A DNA stretch of 64,000 nt from the human T2T-CHM13v2.0 reference genome, Homo sapiens. The translations under genes were made by a program, and so were the position numbers. Under the pieces are notes generated by a model that saw only the letters and a program-made list of their open reading frames with translations, ran no database searches and was not told the origin of the DNA. The stretch lies in NCBI RefSeq assembly GCF_009914755.1, contig NC_060929.1, one strand, 5' to 3'. Of this stretch, positions 26,611-41,000 are shown piece by piece; the first letter of the stretch is position 1, and each line of letters opens with the position of its first letter.

Positions 26611-27918
26611 ACTGACTTCCTTTCTTTTGGGTATATATCCCGCAGTGAGATTGCTGGATCATAGGGTACCTCTATTTTTAGTTTCTTGAGGAACTCACAA
26701 AGTGTTCTCCATAGTGGTTGCACTAACTTTTATTCCCACCAACAGTATATGAGGGTTCCTTTTTCTCCATGTTATTGACAGCATTTTTTATTGCCTGTCT
26801 TTTGGATATAAGCCATTTTAACTGCAGTGAGATGGTATCTCATTGTAGTTTTGACTTTCATTTCTCTGATTATCAATGACTTTGAGCAACTTTTCATATA
26901 CCTGTTTGACATCTGCATGTCATCCATTGAGAAATGTTTATTCAAATCTTCTGCCCATTTTTAAATCAGATTATTAGATTTTTTTCTATAGAGTTGTTTG
27001 AGCTACACATATATTCTGGTTATTAATCCCTTGTCAGATGGATAGTTTGAAAATATTTTCTCCCATTCTGTGGTTATTTCTTCACTTTGTTGATTGTTTC
27101 CTTAACTGTGAAGAAACTGTTTAACTTGATGTGATCTCATTCATCTATTTTTGCTTTGGTTGCCTATTTCTGTTGAGTATTACTCAAGAAATTATTGCCC
27201 AGTCCGATGTCCTAGAAAGTTTTGTCACAGTTTTCTTTTAGTAGTTTTATAGTTTGAGGTCTTAGATTTAAGTCTTTAATCCATTTTGATTTTTTTATAT
27301 GATAAGAGATAGATTTCAAGTTTCACTCTTCCACATATGGATATCCAGTTTTCCTAGTACCATTTATTGAAGTGGCTGTCCTTTTCCAATGTATGTTCTT
27401 AGAACTTTTATCAAAAATGAGTTCACCATAGATGTAAGGATTTATTTCCAGGTTCTTTATTCTGTTCCACTGGTGTGTGTGTTTGATTTTGTGTCAGTAC
27501 CATGTTGTTTTGGTTCCTATAATTCTATAATATAATTTGAAGTCAGGCAATGTGATCTCTCCAGTTTTGTTCTTTTTCCTTAGAACAGTTTTGGATATTC
27601 TGGGTCTTTTGTGGTTCCATGTAAATTTTAGGAATGTTTTTTCTACTTCTGTGAAGAATGTCATTGCTATTTTGATAAAAATTGCATTCAATCTGTAGAT
27701 TCCTTTGAGAAGTATGGATATTTTAACAATATTATTTTTTGAAACCATGAATATGGGTTATCTTTTCATTTTTTTGTGTCCTCTTCAGTTTCTTGCATCA
27801 ATGTTGTATAGTTTTCATTGTAGAAAAACTTCATTTCTTTGGTTAAGTCCTAAATATTTTATTTTATTGGTAGCTATTGTAAATGGGATTATTTTCTTGA
27901 TTTTTTTCAGATTGTTCA

Positions 27919-28244
<326 letters not shown>

Positions 28245-29241
28245 TTATCTGTAAACGGAAATATAAATAATTTAACTTCTTCTTTTCCAATTTGGATTCC
28301 CTTTATTTCTTTCACCTGTATGATTGCTTTAGCTAGAGCTTCCGGTAATATGTTGAATAACAGTGATGACCAGTGGGCATCCTTGCTGTGTTCCAGATCT
28401 TAGAGAAAAGACTTTCAGTTTTTTTCCCCATTTAGTATATGAGCTGTGGACCTGTAATATATGGCTTTTATTATGTTGAGGTATGTTACTTCTATACCTA
28501 GTTTTCTTAGGTTTTGTTTTTTTTTATCATGGGGGGATGTTGAATCAATTGAAATGATCATATGGTTTTTGTCCTTCATTCTGTTGATATGATTTATCAC
28601 ATTGACTGATTTGCATATGTTTAACCATTCTTGCACCCCTGAGATAAATGTCACTTCATCATGATGAATCAAACTTTTAATATGTTGTTGAATTTGTTTG
28701 CTAGTATTTTGTTGAGAATTTTTGGATCCATATTCATCAGTGATATTGGCCTGTAGTTTCCCTTTTTTGATATGTTTTTGACTGGTTTTGGTACCAGGGT
28801 AATACAGGCCTCATAGAAGAATGAGCTTGAAAGTATGCCATCCTCCTCTATTTTTTGAGATAGTTTGCATAGGATTGGGATTAATTCTTCTTTAAATGTT
28901 TGGTAGAACTTAGCAGTGAAGCCATGGAATCACAGCTTTCCTTGACTGGAAGACATTTTATTACAGCTTCAATCTTGTTACTTGTTATTGGTCTGCTCAG
29001 GCTTTGGATTTCTTCATGGTTCAATGTTGATAGGTTGTATGTGTCTAGGAATTTGTTCATTTCTTCTAGATTTTCTAATTCTTTGGCCTGTATAATTCCT
29101 CATAGTATCCACTAATGATCTTCTGAGTTTCTACAGTATCAGTTGTAAAGACTCATTTTTCATCTCTGATTTTATTTATTTGGGTATTCTCTTTTTTGTT
29201 AGTTAGCTTTCTCAATTTTGTTTAACTTTTCAAAAAACCAG

Positions 29242-30069
29242 GTTTTTTATTATTATTATAGTTTAAGTTCTAGGGTACATGTGCACAACGTACAGGTTTG
29301 TTACATATGTATACATGCAGCTCGTCATTTACATTAGGTATATCTCCTAATGCTATCCCTCTCCCTTCCCCCCTCCCCATGACAGGCCCCAGTGTGTGAT
29401 GTTCCCCTTCCTGTGCCCAAGTGTTCTCATTGTTCAATTCCCACTTATGAGTGAGAACACGCAGTGTTTGGTTCTCTGTCCTTGCGATAGTTTGCTGAGA
29501 ATGATGGTTTCCAACTTCACCCATGTCCCTACAAAGGACATGAACTCATCCTTTTTTATGGCTGCATAGTATTCCATGGTGTATATGTGCCACATTTTCT
29601 TAATCTAGTCTATCATTGATGGACATTTGGGTTGGTTCCAAGTCTTTGCTATTGTGAATAGTGCCGCAATAAACATACGTGTGCATGTGTCTTTATAGCA
29701 GCATGATTTATAATCCTTTGGGTATATATCCAGTAATGGAATGGCTGGGTCAAATGGTATTTCTAGTTCTAGATCCTTGAGGAATCGCCACACTGTCTTC
29801 CATGATGGCTGAACTAGTTTACAGTCCCACCAACAATGTAAAAGTGTTCCTATTTCTCCACATCCTCTCCAGCACCTGTTGTTTCCTGACTTTTTAATGA
29901 TCACCATTCTAACTGGTGTGAGATGGTTATCTCATTGTGGTTTTGATTTGCATTTCTCTAATGGCCAGTGATGATGAGCATTTTTTCATGTGTCTGTTGG
30001 CTTCATAAATGTCTTCTTTTGAGAAGCGTCTGTTCATATCCTTCGCCCACTTCATGATGGGGTTGTTTG
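29242..30069 (-). mobile_element. 5'-truncated L1PA (PA4-6 class): ORF2 C-terminus + 3'UTR
   Basis: ORF 29605-29907 = L1 ORF2p C-terminus ([24 protein letters not shown]); perfect 13-bp TSD ttcaaaaaaccag at 29229-29241 and 30070-30082. Confidence 0.96.
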
Positions 30070-30098
30070 TTCAAAAAACCAGCTTTTTGTGTTATTGA

Positions 30099-30310
30099 CC
30101 CTGAATAACCAGCAGTGATAGGTAAGTATCACAGGTTTTGGGTGAGACTCTGAAACTTGTTGGCTTCAGGTGAAACTCAGTACATTCCCAGCAGTGGTGG
30201 CTATGGAGACAGACTCCTTCTACTTGAGAAAAGCAGAGGGAAAAGAATAGGGGACTTTGTCTTGCACCATAGCTATCAGCTCTGCCACACGGGGATATAT
30301 TGAGCAGCAA
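30099..30310 (+). mobile_element. Inverted segment of the L1MA 5'UTR
   Basis: ccctgaataaccagcag...cttgagaaaagcagaggg...ggggactttgtcttgca is L1 5'UTR sense text on the + strand, opposite to the host. Confidence 0.8.
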
Positions 30311-31149
30311 GTGCGTGCTTTACCCTGCTATGGCTGAGCTGGTATCCAAGATGCAAGACAAAGTCCTCTCCACTCTTCACTCTCCTATCAAGTGGGAAAA
30401 AAAAGGTGTCTTCTTTGGAGCTGCAAGATATGCAGCCCGGGATTAATGGAGGGGTGGCACCAGCACTTCCTCAGCCATCCTGGTTGGTGTTTCAGTAGCT
30501 CACATGCCCGCTCCTCCCCATCCCCCACACAATCCACTGGCTCTAAGCCCAGTTCAGCCCTAGGAATTGCCTAGGAGATGCAGTCGTTGTGGCCCTAGAC
30601 TGCCTTTCAGTTTATTCAGCACTTTCACAGAGCACTCCAGCCCAAGGTGGTGAGGCTTGTCAGAACTCAAATTCTGACTGCTGGGATGGATGATTCCCTT
30701 CTTGCTAGTACTGGCTTAAATGCTCTCTCCATGGGCAGGCATCAGCTGAGTTTGTTCCAGTTTTGCTTTCTTCTGTAACAAGGCAGCACTAAGTACTAAA
30801 TTCAATGCACTATGTCACAATTACAGTATTCTCCCTCTCCCAAGTGCACAGATTATCTCTCTGTGCCACATGGCCACTGTTGGAGGATGAAAAAGGGATG
30901 GCATTGGCAATTCAAAACTGTTTGTCCTACTTCTTCAGTGCCTTTTTCAATCATACGAACTTATAGCCGAGTACTATGAGTGCTCACCTGATTTTTGGTT
31001 CTAAATACTTTTTTCTCTTTGTTTTTTTTTTTTTTTTTTTTTTTGTAGATAGTTGTTAAATTGGTGTCCTTGTAGAAGGGGCAATTGGTGAAATCTCCTA
31101 TTCCACCATCTTGCTTTGTTACTCTCTCCATATCTAAATTTTAAAAATT

Positions 31150-32720
<1,571 letters not shown>

Positions 32721-33971
32721 TAAAATAAAATCCTCTCTCTTACATGCTATAAGAGAGTAATATTTGCCTCAAGGCAGATCTAATGAGAAGTTTATTGTGA
32801 ATTCATCTTTATTTTGTAAATTTTAATTTTGGAATTTATCCTTTCAAGACATATTTATTGACTGCCTAAAGTTGCAAGGCATGAGACTTCTATTTTCAGA
32901 CAAATTTATTTCTGTCTTGATTCATATTCACTCTTATTAAAACCAGCAGTGGCCATAAGTTAATTATAAATTGTTGGACTTTCCCCTAAGTATGTTTACA
33001 ATCATTGGTTTTAAGTATTATATTCAATAATCTAATACAGCTTAATATTCATAATAAGAAAAATAAATTAATTTTCATTTCTATTAGGCAGTAAACAGTG
33101 TTATTCCGAATTTTAAGCAAGGTGGGCTGGAGATATAACTAATGATGGTCAAAACACAAATTTTAATATAAGAAGTCTTTTTTTGGGTAAATCTACAAGT
33201 TAACTATAGTTCTAAATAGTTTTATTTTGTATTTTATGTAAAACCAAGGATAAAGAGGTGGGAATAAGGGTGTTTTTTTCTTCAGAGATAGTGATAAAAT
33301 TAAAATAGACTGTTTAATCAAGTATATACAATGGTTTATAATAATCATGGGAAAAAGAAAAAAAATATCCACAATGGCAGAGAGCAAAAGCTTATTTAAG
33401 AAGTGAAGGTCATAGATAAATATGAAATTGTCTTTGGGTATATCCATCAATACACCAGTAAAATATTTTTCTGAAGATTGAGTCTTTCTGTGGAATAGTA
33501 AGGATTTGATAAAAGCATGATGAAGATAGTCACTGGGTGAACTGAAGCCTTGATGTACCTGGATAGATCCATAAGTTCTGATTAAAAAGTGGGGAATGTG
33601 TGGATAATATAACAGTGTTCCTTAATTTAACAGGATGCTGACAATAGACTTTACAACTTTATACATTTTATACATTATAATAAATGTAAAAAATCTTATT
33701 TTTATTTTATTTCTGTTTTAAACTTTTACACAAGTCTACTTTACTTTGTGAAAGTTATATTTATTTTTAAGAACTCAATAGGCAAAAATCTAGGCTTTAA
33801 ATTCTCAGGTTTCTTCTACTGAAACCCCACTCCTCCTTTCGTTGCTCGGATGTCACCTATAATACTGATTTATCTCTGAGTATCTCTCACTGAAATGAAT
33901 ATTTTTAATTTTTTCTTAGGGATAACCAACAAATTATCCCAATATTTTCAATTTGCTTACTTTTTCTAGTC

Positions 33972-34156
33972 CAATGGTTCTCAGACTTGAGAGAGAATTA
34001 GAATCACTGGAGAGCTTGTTAAAACAGATATTGCTGCTCTGCAATCTCAATTTCTCATTCAGTAGGTCTGTGTTCAGGCTTGAAAACTTACATTTCTAAC
34101 ATGTTCTCAGAAGATTCTGATAATGCCAATAGGAACACCACACATTGAGAACACTA
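33972..34156 (+). mobile_element. MER5A (hAT-Charlie MITE)
   Basis: caatggttctca...agaatcactggagagcttgttaaaacaga...attcagtaggtctg...catttctaaca...cacattgagaacac. Confidence 0.88.
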
Positions 34157-34262
34157 CTACTGATTATATGTAAAGTTTTGGTAATTCAAAAACTTAACCA
34201 ACCAGAATCTGTTCACTAATCATCTCTTAGGCATTATGTTAGGGACAGAGATTACAGTGTTA

Positions 34263-34553
34263 TTCTGAATTCAGTAGGTCTGTGTTGAGGCTTGAAAATT
34301 TACATTTCTAAAATGCTCTCAGATGATTTTGATGACGCCAATAGGAGCAACACACATTGAGAATACTGCTATTGACTATATATAATTCGATATAAGTATG
34401 ATTGTAAACATACTGCCCCCTAAGGGGAAAGTCCAACAACTTATAATTTGCTTACGGCCACTGCCGGTTTTAACAAAGGCGAATATGAATCAAAAAAGAC
34501 AAAAATTTGTCTGGAAGTAGAAGTAAAGATATAGCCCTCATGCCTTGCAGCAT
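34263..34553. other. Composite insertion templated from neighbouring DNA, flanked by a 17-bp direct repeat
   Basis: 34269-34385 is a direct copy of 34057-34173 (102/117); 34398-34549 is an inverted copy of 32873-33005; flanks cagagattacag(t/g)gtta at 34246-34262 and 34554-34570. Confidence 0.88.
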
Positions 34554-34667
34554 CAGAGATTACAGGGTTAAAAAAGACAAAATCTATGTGCATCAGGACT
34601 ATCAAATCTAGACAAAGCTTTTAACCTAATTTTCCATCATGAGGATAAAATCTTTGACCTTCTAGAG

Positions 34668-34986
34668 AAGTACTGTCCAAAAGAAATAGGATATGAGCCA
34701 AAAATACAATTTTAAATATTCTAGTAGCCATATTAAAGAAGAATAAATAAGTAAAATCAATTGTAATAATATATCTTATTTATCCAAATATAGCTAAAAT
34801 ATCATTTTAACATGTAATCAGTAGAAACATTATTAATGAGCTCTTTTACATTCTTTGTTTTCATACTAAGGTATAGTATAAATTAGTTTGTAATTTATAC
34901 CTGCCATCCATCTCAATTTGGACTGGTCATATTTCAAGTGCCCAAAAGCCACATGTGGTTAATGGCTACCATATTGTAGAGCAGAG
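34668..34986 (+). mobile_element. MER33 (hAT-Charlie MITE)
   Basis: ctgtccaa...ttctagtagccatatt...catctcaatttggact...atttcaagtgcccaaaagccacatgtgg; ~320 bp; degenerate 8-bp TSD ttctagag/ctatagag. Confidence 0.9.
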
Positions 34987-35049
34987 CTATAGAGAAGAAA
35001 GAAGCTATCAAGAACCAATCCATGTTGTCCCGGATTTTAGTTGTGACTT

Positions 35050-35720
35050 CTAGGAAGACGAGCTCCACATCCATATTTTCATGACTGACCCCTCTCATTA
35101 GGGATTCTCTTCTGTATTTCCTGCTGATTATGGCTTTTCTTGGATTTATTTCCATTATCAAATTTGAAACTTCTAAAGTACTTTTTCCCAAACTAGCTAA
35201 TTTTTTGACATTCCTGTTTCTTTCAGTGCTTTTTTAGGTTAAAAACTCAATGTCATTTTTGATTCCTTATTTTTCTGATACTTTGTCTTGAGATTCTAAA
35301 TACTACTCTGATTTTGGATTAGGCCATTTCAACCAATATTTAGTTTATTCAACTGGCTCCCATCTCTTTCCTGCACGTCATTCACTATTTCTTAAAACAT
35401 ATTGCATTCTTGGCACTATACTGTGCTATAGAGATAAAAAGATAAGTAAGATGCAGCATCTGCCCTCAGGAAATCTGCATTCTCTCTTCCTTCACTAACT
35501 CATCTTTTTATGAGTTATCCTGTGCCTTTCCTGCTCAGAATGTCCAGTGTTCAAATATTCCATTGGCTGAAACATACAACTCCAATATGATTCCATTTCC
35601 ATACATTATCTTTACAGCCCTATATGTAACTGTTCTATAGCACACAACCTCTGCTCAAATTGGTTTCTTCACTGTTCCTGCATTCTAATCTCTATGATTT
35701 TGTGCGTGTAGTTTCACATG
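35050..35720 (+). mobile_element. Diverged L2 fragments (with an opposite-strand L2 piece at ~35400-35485)
   Basis: Pyrimidine-rich L2-like text; 'ggcactatactgtgctatagagata...ctgccctcagg' is antisense L2. Confidence 0.45.
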
Positions 35721-36028
35721 CCTGATTCTGTGTGTTTTTAACTTATATTTATTATTTTAACTTTAAAAATCTCTGACATATTTTCTCTTTGGAAAATGAC
35801 TATTATTTCCAAGATGAAGATTGCTTATATTTGAGTGGGTTCAAACTACAAAGATGTTTACTTGAGATATTGACAAAGCTGAAAACATTCAGGAAGATTT
35901 CTTGTTCAAAAAAGTAAATCAACAATAGCAATTATGACAAAAACAAAACACACTTGGAACAAGTATCCAATCTTTATGAAAATTCTTTACCAAAGAATGC
36001 TGTTTAGTTCATGAAAGAAGAAACCACT

Positions 36029-36514
36029 TGAAGGAAAACAAAATACTTATTCCCAAAGTATTGGGGATTGTTAAGACAGTGAACACACAAGGGAATACTC
36101 TGCCTCAGCCTCTATTTGCCTTATGGTAGCACATAAATCCTTTCTTCCTAGAGACAGAACTTGCTTATCAGTGCAGAGAAGGCACCAGCCGGCACTGGAG
36201 GAAACTGGGAACAGATTTACTATTTTCCCACCCCTTAAAAGACTGAAAACAGCTCTCTCTTTTGTCTTGTCACATAGAATGTATGGCTTTTTGTTAAAAC
36301 ACTATTTAAACAAGGCCCCTAAGCCACTGTCTTGAGAGAGAAATACTTTTGTACTGAGGCCTCTCCCTTGTGATGGGTATAGTGCATGTTAATAAACTTC
36401 TGCTGTTTTTTCTTTTGTTAATTTGAATTTTGTTTTCAGGAGGGTATCTCAACTTAGAACCTAAAAAGAGAGAAAAAAAAAAAAAGAAAAGGAAAAAGTT
36501 TTCTCCCTCCAGCA
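36029..36514 (+). mobile_element. ERV1-class solo LTR (MER34/MER39 group)
   Basis: Starts tgaaggaaaacaaaata, has aataaacttctg...cttttgtt, ends ttttctccctccagca; flanks ccact/ctact. Confidence 0.7.
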
Positions 36515-36836
36515 CTACTTAATCCTAAATGACTAATTCTGCCTGGAGTTAATTGATTAGACAAAACATAGCAAGGAATTTTCCCACCAAGGTGTTCCCA
36601 AATAAAATACTCTTTCAATGAATAATATACATTAAAAGGTACTCCTATTTTGATACTTAAACTTTAGCTGTTTCCTAACGATGGAATTCTCAGGTCTCCA
36701 AATACCTGTTAACTTTGTAAGAGATAGTATTATTTACTAATTAACACAGAGCCTAATGAGGAATTATAAATGTAGAGAAAAGCATGATCTCTTCAAACTA
36801 AAGATATATAAAGAGAATCTAATATTTAAAATTCTT

Positions 36837-37132
36837 GGGTTGGGCACAGTGGCTCACACCTGTAATCCCAGCACTTTGGCAAGCCAAGGTGGGTGGATCA
36901 CCAGAGTTCAGGAGTTCAAGATCAAGCTGGCCAACAGGACGAAACCCTATCTGTACTAAAAATACAAAAATTAGCTGGGCGCGGTGGCATGTACCTGTAA
37001 TCCCAGCTACTCAGGAGTCTGAGGCAGGAGAATCACTCGAATCAGGGAAGCGGAGTTTGCAGTGAGCTGAGATACTTTCACTGCACTCCAGCCTGGGTGA
37101 CAGAGACTGTCTCAAATAAATAAATAAATAAA
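36837..37132 (+). mobile_element. AluS with (TAAA)n tail
   Basis: ggttgggcacagtggctcacacc...; TSD taaaattctt at 36827-36836 and 37133-37142. Confidence 0.96.
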
Positions 37133-37440
37133 TAAAATTCTTTTACATCAGTAATGATCTATATTGGATCCCAGGAAACAAAGACTTTTTGCCAAGATAT
37201 GTACTTTCAAATAAAGTTAACATTGGAAAACAAACACACGTTATGAATTTTTTAAATTAAAATATAGTAAATTGAAAATAACATACAAGAATGTGGGTTA
37301 CTTGTGGCTTTCTTGTATAGGAAAATATGTAATTTTCCTACATATTAATTAGAGGACATCCTTTGGTCTTGTGTTGAAATAACAAAACCATGATAGCATA
37401 ATAATATGATATGTAGTGTCATAGTATCTTATACTATTAT

Positions 37441-37530
37441 TCTATTTTTCGGTTCTTTATTGAGATAGTCTCCTGAAAACAAAAGTCAAATGAACAAAAG
37501 AAAAACAAGCAGAAGTTTATTAACATGTGC
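37441..37530 (-). other. Inverted ~90-bp copy of LTR segment 36381-36470, flanked by ctattatt
   Basis: rc = gcacatgttaataaacttctgcttgtttttcttttgttcatttgacttttgttttcaggagactatctcaa...; ctattatt at 37434-37441 and 37530-37537. Confidence 0.82.
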
Positions 37531-37761
37531 TATTATTGTGATACATATTATCATAGTATTATGATACACATGTATATGTGATATACATGATATATAATAC
37601 TTTGATAAATCAAAATCATTATGGTATAACTGAACTTTGGAATCAATAGAGATTCATTATATATGCATTTCTCACTGAAAAGATGGAAAAAGTAAGAGAA
37701 AAAGAAATCAGATCAAGTTCTTAGGATTTCAGTAGGTTGCATTATAGGAGAGGAACCCTCA

Positions 37762-37858
37762 GCTTAGGGAACATGCAGGTTTGTTACATGAGTATATTGA
37801 ATGATGCTGAGGTTTGGGGTATGATTGATCCTGTCACTCAGGTAGTGAGCATAGTACA
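37762..37858 (-). mobile_element. L1 3'UTR sliver (L1PB/late L1PA class)
   Basis: catgcaggtttgttacatgagtatattg...gctgaggtttggggtatgattgatcctgtcactcaggtagtgagcatagtac. Confidence 0.85.
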
Positions 37859-38039
37859 CATATTAATGTCATCAAATAAGCAGTTTTATTCCAAGCAGAT
37901 ACAAAAATATCATTGCTACATAATCAAATATAACAGGATATTATATATTTTAATACATTATAACATCAAAGTATAAAAAGTTATGTTAAAATTAATAACT
38001 TTCATTTCTTTATCTATCTAAAAGTTCTAGTGTGTATTG

Positions 38040-41000
38040 ACCTTTTAAGACCTATAAAACTCTTTTTAGAATTTCTCACAATATTGGTACAGTATTGACA
38101 AATTCCCTCAGCAATTACTTATCTGAGAAACATTTATATCTCCTTCATTTATAAAATTTAGTTTTGCTGAATACAAAATGCTTAGCTGACAGTTATTCAG
38201 TTTAAAGAGACTGAAGACAGGACCTCAATCCCTTCAGGCCTGTAGGTTTCTGCTGAGAAGTCTGCTTTTAGTCTCATAGGTTTTCCTTTATATGTTATCT
38301 AATGCTTTTGTCTTACTGCTCTTATAACTTTTTCCATCATGTTGACAATTGCCTGATGACTACATGCCTTGGTGCTGTCCTTTTTTGCAATGGATCTCCC
38401 AGGAGTTCTTTTATCTTCTTGCTTTGAATGTCTAAATCTCTAGCAATGCCAATGAAGACTTTGTCAATTATTTCTGAAATAGGTTTTACAAACATTTTGC
38501 TTTTTCTTCTCCTTTGGGAACACATATAATTCTTAGGTTTGGCCATTTTACATAATCCCATATTTCCTGGAGACTTTGTTTCTTTTGTTTCTTTATTTTG
38601 CCTGATCAGTATGATGTCTTTGACCTCTGAAATTCTTTCTTCTACTTGGTCTAGTCCATTAAAACTTTCCACGAAATTTTATAGTTCCCTAAATGTGTTT
38701 TATTGTTTCCAGAAATTATGATTGTTTCTCTTTAAAGTATCCATCTCCTTAGAAAATTTTTCATGCATATCCTGAATTGTTTTTTAATTTCTTTGTTGGT
38801 TTTCACCTTCCTCTTGTATCTCCTTGAGTAACTTAATAACCAACTCTTTGAATTCTTTATCCGATACTTAAAAGATTTCATCTTGGTTTGGATCCACTGC
38901 TAGAGATTAAGTGGGATCTTTGGGAGTGTTATAGAAACTTGTTTTTTCATATTGCAAGTATTATTTTTCTGGTTCCCTCTCATTTGATTAGACTATTCTA
39001 ATTTTTTTTTGTTATACTTTAAGTTCTAGGGTACATGTGCACAACGTGCAGGTTTGTTACATAGGTATACATGTGCCATGTTGGTTTGCTGCACCCATTA
39101 ACTCGTCATTTACCTTAGGTATTTCTCCTAATGCTATCCCTCTCCCAGTCCCCCACCCCCTGACAGGCACCAGTGTGTGATGTTTCCCTCCCTATGTCCA
39201 TGTGTTCTCATTGTTCAACTCCCACTTATTAGTGAGAACATGCGGTGTTTGGTTTTCTGTCCTTGTGATAGTTTGCTGAGAATGATGGTTTCCAGCTTCA
39301 TCCATGTGCCTGCAAAGGACAAGAACTCATCCTTTTTTATGACTGCATAGTATTCCATGGTGTATATGTGCCACATTTTCTTAATCCAGTCTATCATTGA
39401 TGACATTTGGGTTGGTTCCAAGTCTTTGCTATTGTGAATAGTGCCTCAATAAACATACGTGTGCATGTGTCTTTTTAGTAGCATGATTTATAATCCTTTG
39501 GGATATAGCCAGTAATGGAATGGCTGGGTCAAATGGTATTTCTAGTTCTAGATCCTTGAGGAATCACCACGCTGTCTTCCACAACGGTTGAATTAATTTA
39601 CACTTCCACCAACAGTGTAAAAGCTTTCCTATTTCTCCACATCCTCTCCAGCATCTGCTATTTCCTGACTTTTTAATGATTACCATTCTAAGTGGCATGA
39701 GATGGTATCTCATTGTGGTTTTGATTTGCATTTCTCTGATGACCAGTGATGATGAGCATTTTTTTCGTCTGTTGGCTGCATAAATGTCTTCTTTTGAGAA
39801 GTGTCTGTTCATATCCTTCACCCACTTTTTGATGGGGTTGTTTGTTTTTTTCTTGTAAATTTGTTTAAGTTCTTTGTAGATTCTGGATATTAGCCCTTTG
39901 TCAGATGGGTAGATTGCAAAAAATTTCTCCCATTCTGTAGGTTGCCTGTTCATTCTGCTGATAGTTTATTTTGCTGTGCAGAAACTCTTTAGTTTAAATA
40001 GATCACATTTGTCTATTTTGGCTTTTGTTGCCATTGCTTTTGGTGTTTTAGTCATGAAGTCCTTGCCCATGCCTATGTCCTAAATGGTATTGCCTAGGTT
40101 TTTTTCCAGGGTTTTTATGGTTTTAGGTCTTACATTTAAGTCTTTAATCCATCTTGAGTTAATTTTTGTATAAGGTGTAAGAAAGGGATCCAGTTTCAGC
40201 TTTCTACATATGGCTAGCCAGTTTTCCCAGCACCGTTTATTAATTATTTTTAATTAATTTATTTATTTGAGATTTTTTAAAAATGTCTTTCTTTCCCCTT
40301 GAGGATGTGACTTTAATGTTTATAGTTTATTGTTACCTAGCTTTGGCTCTGGGTGCTTCCAGTGGTGAAGACTTTGTGTAAGTTCTTTGGTTCTAGGGAA
40401 TCTTTGTGTGATGGCTTTCTCAGATGCTGATTGTAGTAGCAGGATCACTTTCTCCTGTGGGGCTGGAATGGCAGAGATCTTATGAAGCTTATCTCATTCC
40501 CCAGTGGTGTTCACTTTACATTTATTTCCCAGTATTTTATTCACTGGGTTGAACGGTTCAGGCCTCAGGCCAGTAGGAGATACCCATGTACAAAAACTTG
40601 CTGTAGCTGAAGCAGGTGGGTAAATGCAATACGCTAATTGTGGGCAGAGGTCCCAGCCTTGACAGAGGCAGCTGAGGAAGCTGCCAGTGAAATGTGCTGA
40701 GGTCTTTTCAGGGGAAAGGGAGGCAATTACCACAGGTCTCCTTTCATGCCAGCAGGAAAGCAATCTGCTTCCTATTCACTCTCCTGACCTGGTGTGCCAG
40801 CTATTGAGACCAGACAGGCACCTCTTTTTATCTGCAGGAATGCTAATGTTCCAAGGAGAGAAGGATTTTGACTCTACCTCTCATGCAAGCCTAAACCTGT
40901 GGGGCATTCCTCCTATGGGGATGCATTCACCATGAAGTGTTCCAGAGAGGCTGTGTACAGATGTACCCATGTGGAGCACTCATTGGAGAAGCCCTACCTG

